This document shows, piece by piece, positions 48,401 to 56,791 of a DNA stretch of 64,000 nt. This DNA is from Lytechinus pictus (Eukaryota): contig NC_087254.1 of the NCBI RefSeq assembly GCF_037042905.1, forward strand, positions 10,974,001 through 11,038,000, written 5' to 3'. Each line of letters begins with the position of its first letter. Positions within the stretch are counted from its first letter, which is position 1. The position numbers were made by a program, and so were the translations under genes. Under the pieces are notes generated by a model. That model saw nothing but the letters and a program-made list of their open reading frames with translations, was not told the DNA's origin and did not search any database.

Positions 48401-51400
48401 TGAACAATTTTACCAACTAAATCATTGTAATCTACGTTTCGGCCTCTTTTCACTCTTTTTCTTGACTTGTTTTCTATCTCAGATCTCTTCCTTTTCATTT
48501 CTTCTTTGAACTGGTATACCCTCTCCTCCGGTGCGAGCAGGATTTCCTCTACTTCGTTGTCATCCTTGTCAATTTCTTGGGTTCTTTCTCTGCTCCTTCT
48601 CACGACTGAAATAAGCTGTTCCTTTAACTCTTCCCACGTCTTCACTCTACCCCTTTCTGTGAAATTGAAGATACCTTCTGTGTTTTTCTCTCCGAACACA
48701 TATCGTCTAGCTTTCAATTGTACTTTCAGCATTTCCAATTTAATGTCATTGTTCTTCCTAGCGAGTCCTTGATCTATTTCATTTTCTGACATCCATATAC
48801 CACCACATACATTTCTGACTTCCTCGTATATATGTTCCTTTCTTACCGTTTCCTTTTCTTCTTTTTGGACCTTGCTATCTCTCCTTTCTCTTACTTTTTT
48901 CTCCCTTTCTTCCCAAATGTGCTTCGCCCTCTGACAATATTCCTTCCTTTGCTTGACAACCTGCTTTCTAGCTATACTCATGTACTCCGCCCTTTTCTCT
49001 TCTTCCAATTCTCTGACCCATTGATTTGTATTGTTCTTAGTGTACATTATAATGCTTTCCACTGCATAAATACTCGCCCTTGGCTTCTCTCTCATTATTC
49101 TATCCATCATTCCGAAATCTCGTTCAACGGATACATTTGTCTTAGGTACCCCACTAACTTCGTTTTCATTAACATCACTATATTGAGAAGAAATGTGCTC
49201 TCCAAGGAGCCTACTCGTAATCATGACATAACTACTGAATATAAGTTCGAGAACTTGTTTTGTAACTGCATTGTCTCCTATGAGAAGTGATTCATATACT
49301 TCATCCCTTTGAACTGGTATATCGTGGAATAACACGGCTGTGCCGTCCAATAATGGCGATGAGTCGACTGCCCATTCTTCAAATTTTGACAACATGATCT
49401 TGTATCTCTCGTCCATTGTCGTTATTCTCTCCTTACCCTCCAATACTCGCCACAATGGGGCTGTTACAAACTTATTTACTAGGCCCAATGCCCTACATCC
49501 AGTTAAAAAGTGGGGGACATTTAGATCTGAGTCTACTGCTTTAATTAATAAGTTATCTTCCCTATGATCTGCAAAAAAATCCTTTAAATCATGTCTTAAA
49601 TAATAAACACCTCCTCCATTATGAAATAAAATATTAAATCTATTACCTTTAAAGGGTGCTAACGGAACTAACGTTTTGCCCCTTTCCTTCAGAAATGCTC
49701 GGAAATGTACGGGCTTCCCTGATTTCTCACATCCTCTGTCTTGAATCGATTTACACACCGTTCTTACTAACCGAACTATCCCACCTTCTCCACCTTTTGG
49801 CGCCACTCCAAGCTTCTGTGCCCCTACCTGTTCTCCATTGAACACCATATCTTCCCAGACTTTCAACGTTTGTCCCGCCTGGTCTGCCAACCCGACTACA
49901 AAATGTAATCCGCAAAAGTAATTATTCATTTTTGAAAGTGATTCCCTTTCCAAGTCTGATAATTGTGCCCATTCTCTAACAACTGTTGGCAATATCTCTC
50001 TCCTATAATTTTGTAGAAGCTCATTAAATTTCTTTTGTACTATGTGCCTATCACTGATTGTATTTTTTATTCTTTTAATTACATTATTTATTTTACTTCC
50101 ATCATTAGTAACCAAACACACATCTTCTATTACCGTCTTCATCGTTTCAAGCATTTCCTCTGCTGTACCCCCAACCCCTGCTCTGACGCCTAAGACCAAA
50201 CACTCCCCACTACTTAAATGAATATCATACGCCCCATAGTGATGACCATACTTGGTAGTACCATCTCCTCCAACTGTCATATCAACCTCCTTCTCATCTA
50301 AGATTTTATTAGCTGCTTGTATTAAACTGAGAGCTCTGGCTTCCATATACATAGCAGATCCAAAATCCTTCTTTGGTACAGACTTAATATTTACATTACA
50401 GAGCCCTTCTAGTACAGTTTTCACAACCTCACCACCTTTCCTAGTACTAACACCCATTGAACAAACTAATTCTTGTACTACTGAACGAACTTCATCACTG
50501 TATCTCCCTCCTTCCTTTAACTCAACAACGTGCGAATCGGCCTTCAATCTTTCTTCTAATTTGTTGATCTTCCCAGTCATTTTCTGCATTTTCTTTTTCA
50601 TTCGAATGTTTTCTTTTCTAAGCATGTAATTAATCTTGTTCTTCGCTTTCAAATAACTTCGGCTCTGTTGCCTTCGTCTTACTAAGTCACCGTCTCTTCT
50701 CACAATTTTTTTAAGCATGAATATTCTATTCTCGAGGCCAGTGATTACTTTCCTTTTTTTGCACAATTCTATGTTCAATCTTATGATGGTTTCTTTTCTA
50801 ACTTTCATCGCATTCAACATCCTATCATTCCGCTTCTTTATATTCCTATGTTTGGCACATGCCTTTACAAACCTTACGCTGCATGCATCTATTTTTTCTT
50901 CAAGTTTTTCAATTTTTTTCTTCAACCTTATAACAACTTTCTTCATATATAACGCATCTACTTTAAATCCACTCTGACGAGGTCTAACACAGTTCCGTCT
51001 ACATTGACGGCACACCCTTGAAACAGTACTCTTTCTGAATTCTATTCTGATGTTTTTTTTCTGTTTCTTTTTCATTTCTTTTCTAGCGAACACAAACACA
51101 TCTTCCATTATACCTTCATTCTTGTTTACTCTTTTGTTGTTCTTTCTTACATTATCACACAAACTTCTGATCTTTTTGTACAAATTCTGATTGGAGATCA
51201 GCGTCGTATCTACATCAAAAAAACCTTCTAATAGAATCTTGAATTGTCCAGTCGTTAAATCCCTCTTCCTTCCCCATGAAAATAATTCTAGGACAGCGCC
51301 GTTCGTGAGGCTCTCCCATCCTATCTTCTCCCTATCATATTCCCCACACAACACGGCCTGCACATCTCCCTCGTAAATACCCAAACGATTACAATGTGGC

Positions 51401-53857
51401 CCTACTTCTGACAGTGTTTCGAACTCAGTTGTTTTTTCATTGCCCTTGCCCTGATTACATTTCTTTTCGCTCTTTCTCTTCAAATTACCAAGATGCACGT
51501 GACGATATGTATTGTTTTGAAACATATTTACAAACGCCAGCAGACAGTGCTGCCGTGACTCATCGCGAGGTCTTTGCTGTTCGGCATCACAATAATTAAA
51601 AAAATGCTTGATATCTCGATAGCGGAGACAGAGATCATCTTTTTGGGGCCTGTCATTGTAACAGGAGGTTGCAAATGAACGTGAATCCGACATGGTATTA
51701 CGGATTATATAACTTGGAGTATACTGGCAAGTCAATTTTTTGCAAGATTAAACACACGGGATCGGATTAATCTATACAAAATTCGAAAGGCCAAACCTAT
51801 TTTATTGACTTGCAGTTGCACGAACGGTGACGGTGTGAACTTGCGGAAGTATGAGGCTGAGTAACGGGCTGGTTCTCGGGTGCGTAGACGAAGAACGCGG
51901 GAGGAGAAACCGGAGAAGCACAGCCACAAAATATCAAAGAAAGGGATGATATATCACGAAATTTTGATGATCCGAGAAGCAAAGACCTCGCGAATCGCGA
52001 TACATCCACTCGATGTACAAATCAGTGGATGCTTGAAGAACAACACACTCGATAAAAAGAGTGAAATTGACATAAATATAGAGCAGTCGGGTAGGGAAAT
52101 CCTCTACACAAAACATGCACAAATTATATGAACATAAAAATCTCAACATTATTAAAACACATCGTCAATGAATGCACACACAACAAACACAACCGCGTGG
52201 TAATTCTCATCATAGCCAACGTACATGTTCCACCTCTACACACAGACATTCACACACCAAGTCGTAGTCACGCGGGCTCCCCATTCACTCATGTGTTTTC
52301 AAACTCGCGCGCTTGTGCTCACGTGGACGGCATGCCGCGAATTTGCATATGATGCAAATTAATTTGGGATTTACGCGCTCTACGTATGGCTTCGTTGTCA
52401 AGAAAATAGACGCGTACACCACGCCTCTAGATTTCGCTTGTCTGCACAAGGGTATTTTCAAATTGATTTTGCATTGTGATCTCGTGTAATCAGCCCAAAA
52501 CTAAATGCACCATCGAAATCAGCGATCCCGGAAATACTTAAGTCCAGCTGGACAAGTTTGTGGCACCCTCGATTGCTCTGCTGTCGCAAGGGTAAGCAGC
52601 AATTTCGTATTATCTTTACTTCATAATATAAGAGAAAACTTGTCCTTAGAAGCATATTATAGGAAATTTAATTCCCTTTCGAACCATATCATTTTTGTTT
52701 TAAAAAAATGATCAGATCACAATTTTCTGAGCGTTCAAAGGGGACCTTGTATTCAAAAAGTGTGTGCCATTTTCGCTTCAGTACGCGACGCGCATTGACG
52801 TGCGTGTATTAGGTATGGGCAAAGAGCTCCCACAGCTATCGCTGAGGCTATCGTTTGATCGTCCAGACACCCTAATACTAGATCCGCCCTGCAATCCACC
52901 CCCTTCCCCCTAATATTAATAATGATCTTCTGACTGAGCTGTGCACTGTGGCCACGTCTAAACTCGACACTCGACGTTACATGTACCGTACCGTATGGGT
53001 ACTAGTATTCAACCCGGCATAATTCAAACATTTTGACATATTCCCCAAAATATTTAGAAATAGGGAATTCATCTTACTTTCACACCTTTATTATTTCCAG
53101 GGTAATCTGTTGTCGATATTTTCTTTGTCAATCTGTCGACTGTATGCGCGGAGGATCGAATTATGCGGCGATGGCCTTTTGCACTGAATGGTACTAGTAT
53201 TCAACCTAGTGAGGATTGATAGCAAATCTCAAAAGGGTTTAAATTGCTAAATTAGATCTAGATCTATGTAAGTCTCTGGCTTTGATTAATTCCCTGTTTG
53301 GTCTCATCTCAAATGGTCTAGTCCATAGTCTGATGGGACAAGGGCAGATTGAGAGACAGGGCCATCTTTCATCGCTAGGTTGAATACTAGTGCTGACGGG
53401 TTGAATACTAGTACCAAAATCCGTCGCCGTATAATTCGATCGCCCGCGCACACAGTCAACTGGTTGAAGAAAAAAATAACGGAAAAAGAATAACCAGCAT
53501 TTGCTCTTGGAAATAAGACGGGTCTGAAATTCAGGTAAATTCTATATTTCTATATATTTGAGGAAACTCTCCAAACGGGTTGAATACTAGTGCCCTTACG
53601 GTATGTAGCTAGCCCGAGTTTCATTCATTCAATCATTGCACACACATGATCACACATGACAACTCAGCATATGCTTCAAAAACATCTCTATTTCTCAACG
53701 TACCTTCATCTGTTACATTGTCAACGTAGCCATCCGGATCGTTAAAGTCTGGCTCTTCCTCATATCCATTTTCCTCTTCATCATTTTGGTCATTTTCGTG
53801 AGTCCGGTCCATTTTATTTCTGCCTGCTGTTCTCTCCCTCTCGCTGCCTTCCGCCAT
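24468..53857 (-). CDS. EIF3B: Eukaryotic translation initiation factor 3 subunit B, ~704 aa, 16 exons
   Basis: Exons 53857-53704, 41944-41749, 40527-40408, 39885-39828, 38450-38322, 37171-37014, 36083-35952, 34024-33911, 32483-32273, 30376-30181, 29376-29298, 28485-28341, 27897-27772, 26232-26155, 25456-25348, 24577-24468 join in frame (2115 nt). RRM ([21 protein letters not shown]) and beta-propeller motifs ([32 protein letters not shown]) are typical of eIF3b. Confidence 0.97.
26439..26589 (-). ncRNA. H/ACA snoRNA copy, subfamily A (SNORA65/snR34-like), eIF3b intron 13
   Basis: Hairpin-H box (AGAGTA)-hairpin-ACA+3 nt on the - strand, sense to eIF3b. Confidence 0.85.
26933..27682. mobile_element. 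Non-autonomous piggyBac-type element, copy 2
   Basis: TTAA TSDs; same TIRs and body as 21992-22744. Confidence 0.85.
29091..29243 (-). ncRNA. H/ACA snoRNA copy, subfamily B, eIF3b intron 11
   Basis: Same two-hairpin H/ACA architecture; 5' pocket CTGACAC. Confidence 0.85.
29738..29890 (-). ncRNA. H/ACA snoRNA copy, subfamily B, eIF3b intron 10
   Basis: Near-identical to the intron 11 copy; H box and ACA intact. Confidence 0.85.
31057..31207 (-). ncRNA. H/ACA snoRNA copy, subfamily A, eIF3b intron 9
   Basis: H box AGAGTA and ACA intact; compensatory GTGACC/GGTCAC stem. Confidence 0.85.
31560..32320. repeat. Tandem repeat (99-bp core unit) of the eIF3b exon 9 3' end plus 5' splice site
   Basis: CTCACCTTCTT (reverse complement of AAGAAG|GTGAG) at 31569, 31695, 31830, 31929, 32028, 32127 and 32268 (the last is the true donor). 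Confidence 0.9.
32723..32874 (-). ncRNA. H/ACA snoRNA copy, subfamily A, eIF3b intron 8
   Basis: H box and ACA intact. Confidence 0.85.
32935..33380. mobile_element. hAT-like MITE
   Basis: TIR CAGGGTTCCCA / TGGGAGCCCTG; internal TTTTCCCTGA repeats. Confidence 0.55.
33389..33828. repeat. Direct tandem duplication of ~220 bp
   Basis: TCTACTGCAT..GCAAGAACTCATTTTTCTCTATCCTCAC starts at 33389 and again at 33607. Confidence 0.85.
34143..34301. mobile_element. MITE, same family as 8330-8488
   Basis: Colinear with 8330-8488; contains a perfect GTTACCATGGTAAC. Confidence 0.75.
34314..34727. mobile_element. Palindromic Harbinger-like MITE
   Basis: Nearly full-length inverted repeat GGCC..AATTCACAAAGGTGGTT; second copy at 35252-35573. 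Confidence 0.8.
34918..35071 (-). ncRNA. H/ACA snoRNA copy, subfamily B, eIF3b intron 7
   Basis: H box and ACA intact; 5' pocket CTGACAC. Confidence 0.85.
35252..35573. mobile_element. Palindromic Harbinger-like MITE, copy 2
   Basis: TIR GGCCCAAATT; 3-bp TSD TTA. Confidence 0.8.
36493..36644 (-). ncRNA. H/ACA snoRNA copy, subfamily A, eIF3b intron 6
   Basis: H box and ACA intact; the apical stem pairs by G-U wobbles only on the - strand. Confidence 0.85.
37732..37881 (-). ncRNA. H/ACA snoRNA copy, subfamily A, eIF3b intron 5
   Basis: H box and ACA intact. Confidence 0.85.
38849..39323. mobile_element. TIR element (Harbinger-like MITE)
   Basis: GCCCTTTCACACG ... CGTGTGAAAAGGCCC ends. Confidence 0.55.
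39352..39702. mobile_element. hAT-type MITE, copy 2 of 1608-2039
   Basis: Same TIRs and body, with internal deletions. Confidence 0.8.
42524..43951. mobile_element. TIR element (GGGCGGTATTCTGA family) with a nested small MITE at 42902-43045
   Basis: GGGCAGTTTTCTGAAAACCGTGTTA / TAACACAGTTTTCAGAATACCGCCC, CWG flanks. Nested TAGGGATGCCAGT / ACTGGCATCCCTG is flanked by a TTTCATT duplication. Confidence 0.7.
44923..45208. mobile_element. hAT-type MITE nested inside the 8.7-kb element
   Basis: TIR CATAGGCGGCG / CGCCGCCAATG; perfect 8-bp TSD CTTACCAC. Confidence 0.85.
47995..51693 (-). CDS. DDE transposase (hAT-like), ~1232 aa, with N-terminal basic coiled coil and C-terminal tandem Spin/Ssty-like Tudor modules
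   Basis: Single-exon ORF inside the TIRs. Catalytic-type motifs GGDGTT (D ~50264), ISDRH (D ~50051), FCGLH (CxxH ~49908) and SVERDF (E ~49124). C-terminal [18 protein letters not shown] and [22 protein letters not shown]. Confidence 0.88.
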   Translation of the reverse strand: MSDSRSFATSCYNDRPQKDDLCLRYRDIKHFFNYCDAEQQRPRDESRQHCLLAFVNMFQNNTYRHVHLGNLKRKSEKKCNQGKGNEKTTEFETLSEVGPHCNRLGIYEGDVQAVLCGEYDREKIGWESLTNGAVLELFSWGRKRDLTTGQFKILLEGFFDVDTTLISNQNLYKKIRSLCDNVRKNNKRVNKNEGIMEDVFVFARKEMKKKQKKNIRIEFRKSTVSRVCRQCRRNCVRPRQSGFKVDALYMKKVVIRLKKKIEKLEEKIDACSVRFVKACAKHRNIKKRNDRMLNAMKVRKETIIRLNIELCKKRKVITGLENRIFMLKKIVRRDGDLVRRRQQSRSYLKAKNKINYMLRKENIRMKKKMQKMTGKINKLEERLKADSHVVELKEGGRYSDEVRSVVQELVCSMGVSTRKGGEVVKTVLEGLCNVNIKSVPKKDFGSAMYMEARALSLIQAANKILDEKEVDMTVGGDGTTKYGHHYGAYDIHLSSGECLVLGVRAGVGGTAEEMLETMKTVIEDVCLVTNDGSKINNVIKRIKNTISDRHIVQKKFNELLQNYRREILPTVVREWAQLSDLERESLSKMNNYFCGLHFVVGLADQAGQTLKVWEDMVFNGEQVGAQKLGVAPKGGEGGIVRLVRTVCKSIQDRGCEKSGKPVHFRAFLKERGKTLVPLAPFKGNRFNILFHNGGGVYYLRHDLKDFFADHREDNLLIKAVDSDLNVPHFLTGCRALGLVNKFVTAPLWRVLEGKERITTMDERYKIMLSKFEEWAVDSSPLLDGTAVLFHDIPVQRDEVYESLLIGDNAVTKQVLELIFSSYVMITSRLLGEHISSQYSDVNENEVSGVPKTNVSVERDFGMMDRIMREKPRASIYAVESIIMYTKNNTNQWVRELEEEKRAEYMSIARKQVVKQRKEYCQRAKHIWEEREKKVRERRDSKVQKEEKETVRKEHIYEEVRNVCGGIWMSENEIDQGLARKNNDIKLEMLKVQLKARRYVFGEKNTEGIFNFTERGRVKTWEELKEQLISVVRRSRERTQEIDKDDNEVEEILLAPEERVYQFKEEMKRKRSEIENKSRKRVKRGRNVDYNDLVGKIVQHLTEDDGGENWYSAFVLSKNNESMNFVYLSNTQTVYSYPKNDVVEDLNSGDMYVKDISARELVGYKIRHKWEVDNAKVWFTGYVVEAEDGYGVDKSCKVEYESLNDESDDEENTWDGALLEDYWKGDVRIFEKV
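52989..53603. mobile_element. Long palindromic MITE (TA-flanked, Tc1/mariner-like)
   Basis: TACCGTATGGGTACTAGTATTCAACCCG / CGGGTTGAATACTAGTGCCCTTACGGTA, plus internal inverted blocks. Confidence 0.7.
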
Positions 53858-53861
53858 ATTT
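53851..53861 (-). promoter_or_regulatory. YY1-like motif overlapping the eIF3b start codon
   Basis: AAATATGGCGG on the - strand fits the AANATGGCG YY1 consensus common at housekeeping gene starts; GC palindrome GGGCGCGCGCCC at ~53880. Confidence 0.45.
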
Positions 53862-54063
53862 GTGTGAAGCACATGTATTGGGCGCGCGCCCCCAAAGCCT
53901 CCCATTTGACCTGTGCGTTAAGCACATACACTGAACACCGTACATTTTTGCAAGTATTATGATTATAATCAATCCGCGCGCACACAACACCCATGGAGAT
54001 ACCAAGTTCGGTGTTGGTGTTTAGTTGATTTTTACATAACATTAAATACGAAATAAAACGCTG

Positions 54064-54892
54064 GGGTGGTATTCTGAGATCCATTTTATCTCAGATAAAA
54101 TAAAATATTTTATCTCCGTTAAAATCAGTAAGATAAAATACCCTTAAAATCTCTCCGAATTGGTATTCTGAGAACAATTTTATCTTCATTTTATCTCTGT
54201 AAGACACACCTATTTTGTAATCAATATCCAATAAGAAACACGCTTTTATAGCTCTCTCATATCACTCAACCAATGGAAATCCATTCCGCTAGGAGGTGTG
54301 GCGAAGAGGTGAGATTGCGTCAATTTATTGACTTCAATACGCTTGCACTATACGCTTGCGCGTCTTTACAGAGATTTCTTTTTAACAAAAATGGCAATAC
54401 TCTCATCTTTTTTTCGAAGTCTATATCGCATCTTTTCAAGCATCATTTCAAAGACAATATTAGTGAAGAAAAGTCTTATGAAATGCTTCCTGATTGTACA
54501 GGAATAACTTTAAGGTGTTGTTCTCAATGAATATATCATTTTTCTTAATTTTCATGCCAACATTTGGAGTTAATTCAATTAAAAAATATTGACGAAATCA
54601 ACGTCGCGGAGATAAAATAGCCCCTACCCTCTTTTAAGTTTATTTTATTTTTTCTTCAAAGTAACTTGGGCGCAAGCACATCACCCGCGTTGCAATGGCC
54701 AGATACGCGATGGGTATGTTTACGCAGCCACTGCTCTGTTGCGTATCATCATAGATACGCAAGATAAAATTTATACGCAAGATAAAATTGTAAATTTAAT
54801 CTGAGAGATAAAATGTCATCTCAGAATACCAATTTCATTTTAAGAGATAAAATAAAATATTTTAAAGATAAAATGACCTCAGAATACCGCCC
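54064..54892. mobile_element. TIR element (Harbinger-like) between eIF3b and SLC25A19
   Basis: GGGTGGTATTCTGAG / CTCAGAATACCGCCC; 3-bp TSD CTG; subterminal GATAAAA repeats. Confidence 0.8.
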
Positions 54893-55000
54893 CTGGTTAT
54901 GATTGATTGTTCAAGTCATTTGAAATTTGGATGTTGACTTTCTGTATTTAGCTGCTTGCATATGATCCCGGCCGCTTGAGATTGACCCAATCACTAATTA

Positions 55001-55193
55001 TTAAAGATCAAGTCCACCCCAGAAAGTTGATTTGAATCAATAAAATCAAACAACAATAATATAGGATTTCCATGCTACCCAACTGGTTCGGCCAGTTAGC
55101 CAATTTCCAGTTGCCCAACATGGCCCCAAGCAGTGGCGTACCTAGGATTTTCCACAGGGGGGCAAAACCGTCCGCCAAAAAATTTGACAAGCG

Positions 55194-55225
<32 letters not shown>

Positions 55226-55274
55226 TCTTCGATATCAAAAGTAAAGGATTCCGTACCTGAAAAAAAATTAGACA

Positions 55275-55308
<34 letters not shown>

Positions 55309-56260
55309 TCTTCGATCAAAAATAAAGGATTCCGTACCTGAAAAAAAATTGACAAGCAAAAAAAAAAAAAAAAAAAAAAAAAGGTCTTCAAGCTCGTCAG
55401 GGGGGCAATAAAGGTCTTCAAGCTCGTCAGGGGGGGGGCAAAAAGGTTTTTCAAGCCCGTCAGGTGGGGCAAATATACGTCTTTTGCATTGGTTGTGACT
55501 CGTCAGGGGGGGCAGAGTGCCCCCCTGCCCCCCCCCCCCCCCCGTAGGTACGCTAGTGGCCCCAAGTTAGGATTTCCATGCAGTTACCCAACTGGTTCCA
55601 GTTAGAAGTCATTTTCCAGTTGCCCAACTGGTGCAGTTAGGATTTCCAGTTACCCAACTGGTTCCAGATAGATCATTCCAGTCGGAATTCCAGTTACCCC
55701 ACTGGTGATCCATTTACGATTTCCAGTCACCCTACTGGTTCCAGTTATAGAAATCATTTCCAGTTGTAAGTCATTTCTGGTTCCAGTTAGGATTTCCTGT
55801 TGCCCAAATACTGGTTTCAATTGGTTTCAACTAGAAATTGTTAAATTCCAGCTTAAACCAATTGAAACCAGTTGGAAATCCAACTGGTTTCAATTGGATT
55901 TTGGTCCTGGGTGCTGAAAATTTCATCAACGGTCGGATGTAAAATAAGAATTAAAGTTATATGTCACTAAAGTCACTAAAGAAATATAACTCTTGTTTCT
56001 CATGACAATAAGGAGAAAATTGAAATATTTCATGAGATACAAAATAAATATTAGTGAGTGGGTGATGTCATCAGTCCCCTCATTTGTATACTGACCAGGA
56101 TGTACATGCATATTTTTGTGAAATTTTAAAAGAGAAATTTTGAAATGTCATAACTTTAATTCTTATTTTACATCCGATTTCAATGAAATTTTCAGTGTAA
56201 TTTTGATTTTTCTCTACTTATTAAAATCAACTTTTTGTTGGGGTGGACTTTGCCCCTTAA
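55001..56260. mobile_element. TTAA-flanked (Kolobok-like) element interrupted by nested insertions
   Basis: The ends resemble 17706-18300; the body is split by an ~860-bp insert rich in CCAGTT/CAACTGG repeats. Confidence 0.6.
55131..55558. mobile_element. hAT-type MITE with poly-A tandem units
   Basis: TIR CAGTGGCGTACCTA / TAGGTACGCTAGTG; perfect 8-bp TSD GCCCCAAG. Confidence 0.85.
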
Positions 56261-56791
56261 ACATATGCCCACGAATGACGTGTGTCGTGTAGAATAATGG
56301 GAAGGTTTTTTTTATCCAATTTGGTTTTAGAAACCAATCGATATATGGGCTATATATCTTTGTGATTGCAAGACGATTATGGAAGTATGCCATATATGTG
56401 CACGTCTATTAAATTTTGACTGAGTGCAGTGCCCTTAATTGTAAAAGTTTGATAAGCTTCTTCTTTTTACTCAGTTTATGTGGTTTGAATCCGAGTTGGT
56501 GCTTGGAAAGACAAAATAACTTTTATAAAAGTATCACATACAAAGATGTATCACAACGCTACACTAGCACCGGTATCCCAAACACCGAACTAACGAGCTA
56601 GCGCTAGCTGCGCTAGGAAGCAGCGTATACGCGCGCATGTGCATTTCGATCACAAATCTCCTTATTCGCACGAAGCCTTTCTCCTCGAAATGTCCCCAAT
56701 AATGTCAATATTATCAATTATTAAGGTGCAATTAACGATAAACAAGATAAACCGTAGGTTATAGCCGGTATCTTTGCCAGCATATATCAGG

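Larger units (their letters stand above)
44168..52874 (-). mobile_element. Autonomous hAT-like (hATw-type) DNA transposon, 8707 bp, in eIF3b intron 1
   Basis: Perfect 15-bp TIR TAGGGTGTCTGGACG (44168-44182) / CGTCCAGACACCCTA (52860-52874); 7-bp TSD ATACTAG (44161-44167 and 52875-52881); encodes an uninterrupted transposase ORF. Confidence 0.9.

Noticed and set aside
48467-51599. Multiple + strand ORFs
   Set aside because: Antisense shadows of the transposase ORF.
55008-55472. Poly-Lys / poly-Phe ORFs
   Set aside because: Derived from poly-A tracts in a MITE.
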